From Acidimicrobiia bacterium (GTDB lineage Bacteria; Actinomycetota; Acidimicrobiia; Acidimicrobiales; Ilumatobacteraceae), in NCBI GenBank assembly GCA_043730435.1, contig JAYTKG010000180.1, positions 1-41,039 of the forward strand: a stretch of DNA of 41,039 nt, given 5' to 3'. A program made the position numbers and the translations under genes. This document shows, piece after piece, positions 25,212 to 32,670 of the stretch (position 1 is the stretch's first letter; every line of letters starts with the position of its first letter). Below the pieces are notes generated by a model. That model was given only the letters and a program-made list of their open reading frames with translations, did no database searches and was not told where the DNA came from.

Positions 25212-25699
25212 ACGACAACTCGGTCGATGTCGAACGTGACCTCGCTGGCACCGATCTTTCGCCGCGGCCGGTTATCACCACGCCGCGTCGCAAGCGAAAG
25301 ATGATGCCGTCGGTGGTGTTGGCCGTCATGCTTATCGCCGGTGGCTTCGTGGTGTTCAAGTTCCTGACGGCAAGCACCACGTTTTTCTGCAATGCCGATG
25401 AGATCGGTGTTAAGGCCGACTGCGCGGCGTCGAAACATATCCGGCTGCAGGGCACGGTCGAGAACGGCAGTGTGAACAAGCAAGGCGCCGGACTCACGTT
25501 TAACGTCGGCTACAACAACGTGATCGTGCCGGTGGTGTACGGCGGTGGCGACCCGGGCGGCGTGTTCTGCGAGGGCGTGCCCGTGGTGGTGGAGGGCGTC
25601 TATAGCGCCGGGTCGTTTCAGGGCGACCGCATCCTCACGAAGCACACCGAGAACTACAAGGCCGGCAACCCAAATCGCGTGCGCGACTGCGGTCTATGA
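25202..25699 (+). CDS. ccmE: Heme chaperone CcmE
   Basis: Basic patch RRKRK plus a TM segment, an OB-fold region, and the heme-binding HxxxY motif in ILTKHTENYKAG. GTG at 25202 is proposed as the start because it keeps the basic N-terminus. Confidence 0.85.
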   Translation: MDVNDNSVDVERDLAGTDLSPRPVITTPRRKRKMMPSVVLAVMLIAGGFVVFKFLTASTTFFCNADEIGVKADCAASKHIRLQGTVENGSVNKQGAGLTFNVGYNNVIVPVVYGGGDPGGVFCEGVPVVVEGVYSAGSFQGDRILTKHTENYKAGNPNRVRDCGL

Positions 25700-27660
25700 A
25701 CTCGACGTTCGGGAACCTAGGCGTCACGCTTGCCTTGACGGCGTCGCTCGCTGGTTTCGTCACCTCGACGGTTGGCCTTCTGCGGCGGCGTCCGCAGCTG
25801 GTCCGCTTCGGACCTGTCTTCGCCAGAATGGTTTTGGTCGGTGCGATTGTCGCAACCATCGCCATGGAACGGGCCATCATCACTCGCGATTTCTCGCTGG
25901 CGTACGTGGCCAAGGTCGGCTCAAGCAAGACGCCAGCGCTCTACAACTTCGCAGCCATGTGGTCGGCACTGCAGGGCTCGATCCTGCTGTGGGGGCTCGT
26001 GCTGGCGGGCTACACCGTTGCCGTCGTACGTCGGTTTCGCAAGCGGCTCGGTGACCCGTTGGTGGCTTGGGCGCTCACCGTCATGCTCGGCGTGTGCTCG
26101 TTCTTCTTCCTGCTGATGGCTGGTCCGGCCAACCCGTTCCTGCGATTGGCCGTTCCCGCCTCAGAAGGCACCGGCCCGCACCCGCTCTTGCAGAACCACA
26201 TCCTGGTCGCCTTCCATCCGCCCATCCTGTACCTAGGGTACGTCGGCTTCACCGTGCCGTTCGCGTTCGCCATCGCAGCGCTCATCACCGGTCGCGTCGG
26301 TGAAGGCTGGCTGCTCGAAACACGCCGCTGGACGCTGTTCGCCTGGGGGCTGCTTACGCTCGGCATCGTGCTTGGCGCATGGTGGAGTTACGAGGTCATC
26401 GGCTGGAATGGCTTCTGGGGTTGGGACGCGGTGGAGAACGCCAGCTTCCTTCCCTGGCTCACTGCTACTGCGTTCATTCACTCGGTGCTGGTGCAAGAAC
26501 GGCGCGGCATGCTGCGGGTGTGGAACCTGTCGCTCCTGTGTGCCACGTTCTCGCTCACCATTCTTGGCACGTTCCTCACTCGCTCGGGCGTGGTGGAATC
26601 GGTGCATGCCTTCAGCGAGGGCAGCATCGGTCCGTGGCTGCTGACGTTCTTCGGTATCACCGTTGCGCTTGCCTTGGGCCTCATGGCGTGGCGTGGCGAT
26701 CGGCTTCGTTCGCCCGGCGCGTTCGATTCTCCGTTGTCACGCGAGGGCGCCTTCCTCATCAACAACCTGCTGTTCGCATTGTTCGCGTTTGTGGTGCTGC
26801 TCGGCACGGTGTTCCCGCTGATCATCGAAGCCACACAGAACAAGCGGGTAGCGGTCGGCCGTCCGTTCTTTGATTCCATGACCATGCCCATTGGGTTGGC
26901 TCTGCTGACAATGATGGCGATTGCGCCGGTGCTGCCGTGGCGCAAGGCGTCCACCGAACTGCTGCGGGATCGCCTGTTCTGGCCGGCCTGGTGTGGCGTC
27001 GGTGCGTTGGCGCTGTCGGTTGTACTGGGTGGTTCCGGCGTTGCCTCGCTCGTCGCTTTCGCACTCGGTGGATTCGCCGCCGGTGCCGCCGGTCGCCAAC
27101 TGGTGCTCGCCACCCGTCGGCAGGGTCTGCGAGGCTTGGTCGGTCGTGCCAACGGCGGCATGGTGGTACACATCGGCGTGATCCTGGTGGCCGTTGGTCT
27201 GGCCGCCTCGCAGAGTTACGCCCGCACATCGGACGTGTCGCTCAAGCCGGGCGAGAGCACCGCGTTCGGCGGACACACCATTGTGTACGTCGGCAAAGAC
27301 GTGGTGGAAACCAAGCAGTCGCGGGCCGAGCGGGCCAGGGTCACGATCGACGGTGCCGAGTACGCGCCCGCGCAGGTGTTGTTCAACTCGAACGGCCAGA
27401 TCGTGCCGCGCCCATCAGTGCGCACCCGGCCGTGGGGCGACGTGTACCTTTCGCTCGCAAAGCCCGTCGCTGCCGATGGCACCGCCAACCTGCAGATCGT
27501 GCTCAACCCACTCATCATGTGGCTGTGGATCGGCGGGCTCGTCATGGGCTTGGGGACGGTGCTCGCCATGTTTCCCGGCCGCAAACGCCGCCTTGCCACC
27601 GACGCCGCATCGGCGCCGATCCCCGAGCCGCACGCCGAGCCGGACCCGGTGCTCGCATGA
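25696..27660 (+). CDS. ccmF: Cytochrome c heme lyase subunit CcmF
   Basis: 654-aa polytopic protein with the WWD motif WGWDAVENASFLPWL. ATGA overlaps on both sides. Confidence 0.92.
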   Translation: MNSTFGNLGVTLALTASLAGFVTSTVGLLRRRPQLVRFGPVFARMVLVGAIVATIAMERAIITRDFSLAYVAKVGSSKTPALYNFAAMWSALQGSILLWGLVLAGYTVAVVRRFRKRLGDPLVAWALTVMLGVCSFFFLLMAGPANPFLRLAVPASEGTGPHPLLQNHILVAFHPPILYLGYVGFTVPFAFAIAALITGRVGEGWLLETRRWTLFAWGLLTLGIVLGAWWSYEVIGWNGFWGWDAVENASFLPWLTATAFIHSVLVQERRGMLRVWNLSLLCATFSLTILGTFLTRSGVVESVHAFSEGSIGPWLLTFFGITVALALGLMAWRGDRLRSPGAFDSPLSREGAFLINNLLFALFAFVVLLGTVFPLIIEATQNKRVAVGRPFFDSMTMPIGLALLTMMAIAPVLPWRKASTELLRDRLFWPAWCGVGALALSVVLGGSGVASLVAFALGGFAAGAAGRQLVLATRRQGLRGLVGRANGGMVVHIGVILVAVGLAASQSYARTSDVSLKPGESTAFGGHTIVYVGKDVVETKQSRAERARVTIDGAEYAPAQVLFNSNGQIVPRPSVRTRPWGDVYLSLAKPVAADGTANLQIVLNPLIMWLWIGGLVMGLGTVLAMFPGRKRRLATDAASAPIPEPHAEPDPVLA

Positions 27661-28268
27661 CTGATCAGCTCGCAGAGGTGACCCCGAATGACACGCCGAC
27701 CAACGCGACACGGCGGCCGCTCGCGCCGTACCTTGCGCTGGGCTTGGCTTTGTTGATTACCGCGTTCGTGGTCGTGCTTGCCCGTGCCCCGAAAGGTGAT
27801 GCGCCCGAGAGTGCGGCCACACCGCTGCTCAACGCAGCAGCTCCCAACCTGACCGGCAAGACCATCAACGGCGACACTTTTGACCTGGCCAGCCGGCGAG
27901 GCAGTTGGGTGGTGCTCAACTTCTTCTCCAGCACTTGTACGCCATGCCGTGAAGAACATCCGGCGCTTGTCGAGTTTCACGACGCCCAGGCCGCCAAGCC
28001 GCCGGAATCCCGGGTGGAATTGGTTTCGAGCGTGTTCTTTCAGGACGAAGCACCGGTACGGAAGTTTTTCGCCGACCAAGGCGGAGGCTGGCCGGTGGTG
28101 TTTGATCCGAACAACGCCGCCGCCATCGCCTACAGCATCGCCAGAGTGCCCGAGACCTGGATCATCGATCCGTTCGGTGTCGTGCGCAAACACGTCATCA
28201 CCACGCTTACGGCCGAGCGACTTGAAGTGTTGATTTCGCAACTACGTGCAGGAGTGCCGAACCCTTGA
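27657..28268 (+). CDS. ccmG: Thiol:disulfide oxidoreductase CcmG/DsbE (TlpA-like)
   Basis: N-terminal TM anchor and a thioredoxin fold with VVLNFFSSTCTPCREEHP (CxxC). Start at MTDQLAEV, overlapping the ccmF stop by ATGA. Confidence 0.85.
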   Translation: MTDQLAEVTPNDTPTNATRRPLAPYLALGLALLITAFVVVLARAPKGDAPESAATPLLNAAAPNLTGKTINGDTFDLASRRGSWVVLNFFSSTCTPCREEHPALVEFHDAQAAKPPESRVELVSSVFFQDEAPVRKFFADQGGGWPVVFDPNNAAAIAYSIARVPETWIIDPFGVVRKHVITTLTAERLEVLISQLRAGVPNP

Positions 28269-28654
28269 GGCGACGTATCGGATGGTTCGCCATCCTCGCA
28301 GTAACCACAGTGCTGCTTGTCATCGGTGGGGCCCGAGATCGGGGCGCGGCCAGCACCCTCGAACGCGTCCGTGAGATTTCAGCGACGACCAAGTGCCCGG
28401 TGTGCGTCGGTGAGAGCGTTGGGCAATCGAACGCAGCGGCATCGGTGATCATCAAGAAAGAGATCGCCAACCAGGTCGCGGCAGGCAAGAGCGACAACGA
28501 GATCCGCGTCTTCATCGCGTCCACATACTCCGGCGCGGTGCAGTTGACGCCGCCAGCCACCGGCGCAGCCAGTCTGGTCTGGGTCATACCTGTGATGCTG
28601 TTCGTGCTCCTCGGTGCCGTCGCCATCACTGTGTTTCGGCGGACCGGTCCATGA
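28265..28654 (+). CDS. ccmH: Cytochrome c biogenesis protein CcmH (NrfF-like)
   Basis: TKCPVCVGESVGQSNAAASVIIKKEI (CxxC...QS...S motif) plus a C-terminal TM segment. TTG start overlaps the ccmG stop. Confidence 0.8.
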   Translation: MRRRIGWFAILAVTTVLLVIGGARDRGAASTLERVREISATTKCPVCVGESVGQSNAAASVIIKKEIANQVAAGKSDNEIRVFIASTYSGAVQLTPPATGAASLVWVIPVMLFVLLGAVAITVFRRTGP

Positions 28655-29820
28655 ACCGCGACGACCTCGCGCGTCGCGAGGATGACCTGGCGTTTGTCCG
28701 TCGCTCGCTGGCGGATCTCGATGCCGAGCGAGCCGCCGGGGATCTGGCCGAGGACGACTATGTTGATCTGCGCGCCCGGTACGACGCCCGCCTAGCCGCT
28801 CTCACCGATCAGGTCGCCGACGGTAAGCAGGCCCTGCCAAACGCCAAGCCCCGCAGACTTTCTCGCTCACTGGCCCGCATGGGACTGGTAGCAGCGGTGG
28901 CCGTCGGTGCCGGGTTCTTTGTGGCCCGATCGGCCGGGCTGCGGCTGCCCTCTGACGGGGTGACCGGCGGCAACGTGCGCGACACCAACCAACTCCTGGT
29001 CGAAGCGCGCTCGGCTCTCGGCACCGACCGCCCTGGCGCGTTGAAGCGATTTCGGCAAGTGCTCGAAACCCAGCCCGACAACGCTGAGGCTCGCACCTAC
29101 GCGGCATGGATAGCTCGCCTCGACACCCGAGACGCCGTCACCTCTGGCACGCTCGATGCGATGAAGGCTCGCCCCCTTTTCGAAGGCGTTGACACCGAGT
29201 TCGACCAGGCTGCAGCGTCCCAGCCGGCGCTGGCCGATCCGCACTGCTTCCAAGCGATACTGCGTTTTCGTGACCTCGACGATCCCATCCGATCGCGCCA
29301 GGCTTTTGACGCCTGCCTGTCCACCAACCCCAACCAAACGGTGCTCGGACTGGTCAGCAAAGTGGGGCCAGAAATCGACGCGACGCTGGCCACCAACGCC
29401 GACCCGGTCGTCGCTGGCCTGGCACAGGCGCGCGTTGCGTTGGCGGCCAGAGACATCGTTGGGGCGCTGAAACGTTACGACGGCGTGGTCAAGGTCGACT
29501 CGGCCAACGCCTCGGCCATCACGTGGTCGGCCTGGTTGCAGGCCCGCCTCATTTCGACCGCTCTGCAGTCCGGACAGATCGCGGCTGAATTCGGCAAGGA
29601 CAGACTCGCGAAAGCCGAAGCAACCATTGATGCGGTGCGCGCTGCGTCGCCAGCGTTTACCGATGCCGCCTGCGCCAAAGTGGTATTCGCGCTCAACCGT
29701 GACGACACCGCTGCCGCCGACGCGGCGGTACCGGCCTGTCGGGTCGGCGTGGCGTCACCGGAGATTCGTGACGCCGCGTTGAGCACCGTCGGCACGCCCA
29801 CCGTCACGAGCATTCCGTAG
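28651..29820 (+). CDS. ccmI: CcmI/CycH-like apocytochrome c chaperone (TPR-like periplasmic domain)
   Basis: N-terminus DLDAERAAGDLAEDDYVDLRARYDARL, one TM segment (MGLVAAVAVGAGFFV), then helical-repeat-like sequence (ALKRFRQVLETQPDNAEARTYAAWIA). It is coupled to ccmH by ATGA. The assignment rests on position plus weak similarity. Confidence 0.5.
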   Translation: MNRDDLARREDDLAFVRRSLADLDAERAAGDLAEDDYVDLRARYDARLAALTDQVADGKQALPNAKPRRLSRSLARMGLVAAVAVGAGFFVARSAGLRLPSDGVTGGNVRDTNQLLVEARSALGTDRPGALKRFRQVLETQPDNAEARTYAAWIARLDTRDAVTSGTLDAMKARPLFEGVDTEFDQAAASQPALADPHCFQAILRFRDLDDPIRSRQAFDACLSTNPNQTVLGLVSKVGPEIDATLATNADPVVAGLAQARVALAARDIVGALKRYDGVVKVDSANASAITWSAWLQARLISTALQSGQIAAEFGKDRLAKAEATIDAVRAASPAFTDAACAKVVFALNRDDTAAADAAVPACRVGVASPEIRDAALSTVGTPTVTSIP

Positions 29821-29838
29821 CTCATACACGCGCCAAGG

Positions 29839-29951
29839 CATTCGCGCGTCCGCGCATTAGCCCTATTCATTCGCGCGTTAGACCCTTCTCGCCGAGTTTC
29901 ATGGGCCCAGTTTGGGTCTATTGCGCGAATGGATGGGTGTCATTGCGCGAT
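29839..29951. repeat. Nested direct/inverted repeat cluster built on CATTCGCGCG / ATTGCGCGA
   Basis: cattcgcgcgt occurs at 29839-29849 and 29868-29878. attgcgcga occurs at 29920-29928 and 29942-29950. An 18-bp inverted repeat pairs cattcgcgcgttagaccc (29868-29885) with gggtctattgcgcgaatg (29914-29931), matching 16/18 with a 28-nt spacer. Confidence 0.6.
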
Positions 29952-30040
29952 CGACGGCGAGGACCCAGCCGTACTTGACCGATTCGTGATCTTTGGTGCG
30001 GGCAGCACCGCAACCGTGCGTTCTTTCATAGCCTCCGCCC

Positions 30041-31198
30041 GTGAGTTCTGAGTGGCCGAGCCCTGAAATGCAACCGGTAGCCGAGTCATCTGTGGGCCCC
30101 GCCCTCGCCGCGTTTGCCCACCTGCATGGACTCCAATCCGGATATGTTCCTCCGATCTTGCCTGACGACAGCCCGGCTGGACCGCCGCACTCGTCCTACC
30201 CTCAGCATGCGGGTCAGGCCCAGCCCGCCTTTCAGCCGCACCCGTCGCACCAACATCCCGGCCACCCCTACGTGGTCCAGCCCTATGTTGCGCAGCCAGC
30301 ACCGCAGGAGTACCCGCCGCAACAGTATGGCTATGCCGAGCAATCGCCTGCGTCGCAGCAGTATCCCTACGGTTCGCCGTACAGCGGTCAACCCCACATG
30401 ACGCAGCACTATCCCGGCCAGCCGGTGCCCGGCTACTCAGTGAACGGTCACGCCCCGGCTTATGGGCACCCCGCGTCGCAGCCGTATTCGCCGCAGCCGC
30501 ACGCGCCAGCGGCAGGGTACGGTTCTATGCCGCAGCATGGTGCCGAGCAACCATACGGTGTGCCTGTGCCGCACTACGCCGACCCGGCACAGTCATTGCA
30601 AATGCAACAAGTTGGATATCCACCGCAAGCGGGCTACGCCATGCAGTCCGGCTATCCGGCGCAACCCGCCCCGTATCCAGTAGCGCCGCAGCAGGCGCAG
30701 GCGGCGGTTCACTATGCCGAGCCGTCGCACGCGAGGTCAGCTACCGCTCGACTGACAGACAGGATTGCGCTACAACCTGCCTTCACTCCGGGTTACAGCG
30801 AGCAACCGCCGAGGGTACTCCTGCGTTCGGCTGACGATCTCGGTGAGAAGAAATCCTGGCACGTGAGTGACGACGCTCCCCGCTACCTGCCGCCCGGTAC
30901 GTCGGAGGCTGACCTTGATCCGTTTGGACTGGCAGCGCTCCCCGAGCAGGCCGCCTACCACGGCCCGAAAGAGGTGCCGAGCGAGGCCGTCTACGGTGTG
31001 CTGTTCGGACTCTGCAGCCTTCTGCTGTTTCCGTTGGCCTTTCTCGGCTTCGTCCGTTCCCGTCGCGCCGGATCCATGATCGATGCATCACCGAGTCGTT
31101 TCCGAGGACGGTCTGTTGTGCTGCTTGGCTTCGCTCTCAACGTGGCCTGCCCGACCGTGTCGGTTGCCGCGGGCGCCTACCTCTTCGGCTTTCTCTGA
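30041..31198 (+). CDS. P/Q/Y-rich low-complexity protein with C-terminal 2-TM (DUF4190-like) anchor
   Basis: About 230 aa of PQQYGY/QPY-type low complexity are followed by VYGVLFGLCSLLLFPLAFLGFV and VVLLGFALNVACPTVSVAAGAYLFGFL. GTG start; its exact position is uncertain. Confidence 0.65.
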   Translation: MSSEWPSPEMQPVAESSVGPALAAFAHLHGLQSGYVPPILPDDSPAGPPHSSYPQHAGQAQPAFQPHPSHQHPGHPYVVQPYVAQPAPQEYPPQQYGYAEQSPASQQYPYGSPYSGQPHMTQHYPGQPVPGYSVNGHAPAYGHPASQPYSPQPHAPAAGYGSMPQHGAEQPYGVPVPHYADPAQSLQMQQVGYPPQAGYAMQSGYPAQPAPYPVAPQQAQAAVHYAEPSHARSATARLTDRIALQPAFTPGYSEQPPRVLLRSADDLGEKKSWHVSDDAPRYLPPGTSEADLDPFGLAALPEQAAYHGPKEVPSEAVYGVLFGLCSLLLFPLAFLGFVRSRRAGSMIDASPSRFRGRSVVLLGFALNVACPTVSVAAGAYLFGFL

Positions 31199-31204
31199 CC
31201 GTCG

Positions 31205-31657
31205 TCACAAGCGGAAGGAATGGCCGTTGGCTATCCGGCCGTCGGTGCGTTCGAGCACCCACACCGAGCCCTTCGTCCAATTCTCATCACCAACCACGGT
31301 GAGACCGCGCCGGACTAAGGCCTGCATCACATCGGGAATAAGATCACCGTGGCTGCATAACACCGAGCCGTCGGGCAGTTCATCCAGCAGTTTGAGCACC
31401 GGCTCGAACGGGGCGCCTTCAGACAACTGAAACGCGTTTTCGAGGCCCAGTCCGGTCGCCTGGGCTAGTGGAGCCAAGGTCTGACGGCATCGGGTGAAAG
31501 GGCTGGTCAAGAGCCGGGTCACGGTGGTGTCTGTCAGATACTTCGCCAGAGCCTTGGCCTGGGTATGGCCGTCGGCCGAGAGGGGTCGTTCCCGGTCAAC
31601 GGGCCCGAACTCACGGTGTCCAGCTTTTGCATGTCGAACGAGAAACAACGCCATCAA
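31205..31657 (-). CDS. sixA: Histidine phosphatase family protein, SixA-like
   Basis: 150 aa with the RHG-type motif LFLVRHAKAGHR and a second His in LCSHGDLI. Confidence 0.75.
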   Translation of the reverse strand: MMALFLVRHAKAGHREFGPVDRERPLSADGHTQAKALAKYLTDTTVTRLLTSPFTRCRQTLAPLAQATGLGLENAFQLSEGAPFEPVLKLLDELPDGSVLCSHGDLIPDVMQALVRRGLTVVGDENWTKGSVWVLERTDGRIANGHSFRL

Positions 31658-31770
31658 CTCCGACTTTAGGCGACGCTGCGTGTCTGAGTTAGAGGGCTTG
31701 GCTCAAGTGATGCACAAGCGGTTCTGTGGCGGATCAGGGATTGTGTAGACATGTCGCGTAGGCTCGCCCG

Positions 31771-32670
31771 GTGCGTTCGTTGCGACTCGCTACGCGTGGA
31801 AGCGAGCAAGCCAAAGCCCAGTCTGAGGCGGTTGCAGCCAAACTGGCGTCCCTCACGGGTGTGCGGGTCGAGTTGGCTTTTGTGGAAACCATGGGCGATC
31901 TCGTCCGCGACCGGTCTATTGCCGAGATCGGTGGTCGCGGCGTCTTTGTGAAAGAAGTGCAGCGCGCCGTACTGGATGGACATGCCGATATCGCCGTGCA
32001 CTCCGCCAAAGATCTGCCGTCGTCATTCCACACCGAGGGGCTGATGTTGGCCTGCGTTCCGGAACGTGGCGACGCTCGTGATGCACTGGTCGGACACACG
32101 CTGGCGTCCCTCCCGCACGGAGGCGTGGTGGCCACGGGGTCGCAGCGCCGCCAGTCGCAGCTTGCTCACATGCGTTCCGATCTTGCGTTTGTCGGGTTGC
32201 GCGGCAACATCCCCACTCGGGTAGCGAAGGCCGACCAACCGGGTATCGACGCATCAATGGTTGCGGTGGCTGGCGCCCGCTGGGTCGGGCTAGAGCATCG
32301 TCTCGCATTCCTTTTCACGGTGGATGAGATGGTCCCGCAGATCGGCCAGGGAGCAATGGCCATCGAATGTCGCGTAGGCGATCACGCGACAAGAGAGGCG
32401 CTATCGTTGCTTGAGCACGCGGTCAGCCGTCGCGCTGTCGATTCCGAGCGCGCCTTTCTCGCTCACCTCGGCGGTGGTTGCGAGTTGCCGGTCGGTGCCC
32501 ATGCCGCTATCGACGCCAGCGGGGTCATCACCATTACCGGCGTGATCGCGTCGCTCGACGGGCGCCAACTCTTTCGCGAAACGATGTCCGGTGATGACGT
32601 GGCGATCGGCGCCAAGCTCGCAGCCTCATTGCTGGCGGCGGGCGCTGCAGAGCTACTTGCGACTGGCTGA
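31771..32670 (+). CDS. hemC: Hydroxymethylbilane synthase (porphobilinogen deaminase)
   Basis: LRLATRGSEQA, ETMGD, HSAKDLP, and the cofactor cysteine in LGGGCELPVGAHA. GTG start. Confidence 0.92.
   Translation: MRSLRLATRGSEQAKAQSEAVAAKLASLTGVRVELAFVETMGDLVRDRSIAEIGGRGVFVKEVQRAVLDGHADIAVHSAKDLPSSFHTEGLMLACVPERGDARDALVGHTLASLPHGGVVATGSQRRQSQLAHMRSDLAFVGLRGNIPTRVAKADQPGIDASMVAVAGARWVGLEHRLAFLFTVDEMVPQIGQGAMAIECRVGDHATREALSLLEHAVSRRAVDSERAFLAHLGGGCELPVGAHAAIDASGVITITGVIASLDGRQLFRETMSGDDVAIGAKLAASLLAAGAAELLATG

Noticed and set aside
26937-27656. N-terminal 240 codons of ORF 26937..28268
   Set aside because: This is Arg-rich nonsense overlapping ccmF in another frame. The real gene (ccmG) starts at ATG 27657, which overlaps the ccmF stop.
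27216-28241. 341-aa minus-strand ORF
   Set aside because: It is antisense to ccmF and ccmG, which carry clear motifs. It has no motifs of its own and an Arg/Gly-rich composition.
30041-30760. Repetitive DNA in the P/Q/Y-rich gene as a possible tandem repeat or CRISPR-like array
   Set aside because: There are no regularly spaced identical repeats. The periodicity comes from codon-level low complexity (CAG/CCG/TAC) within one long open frame.
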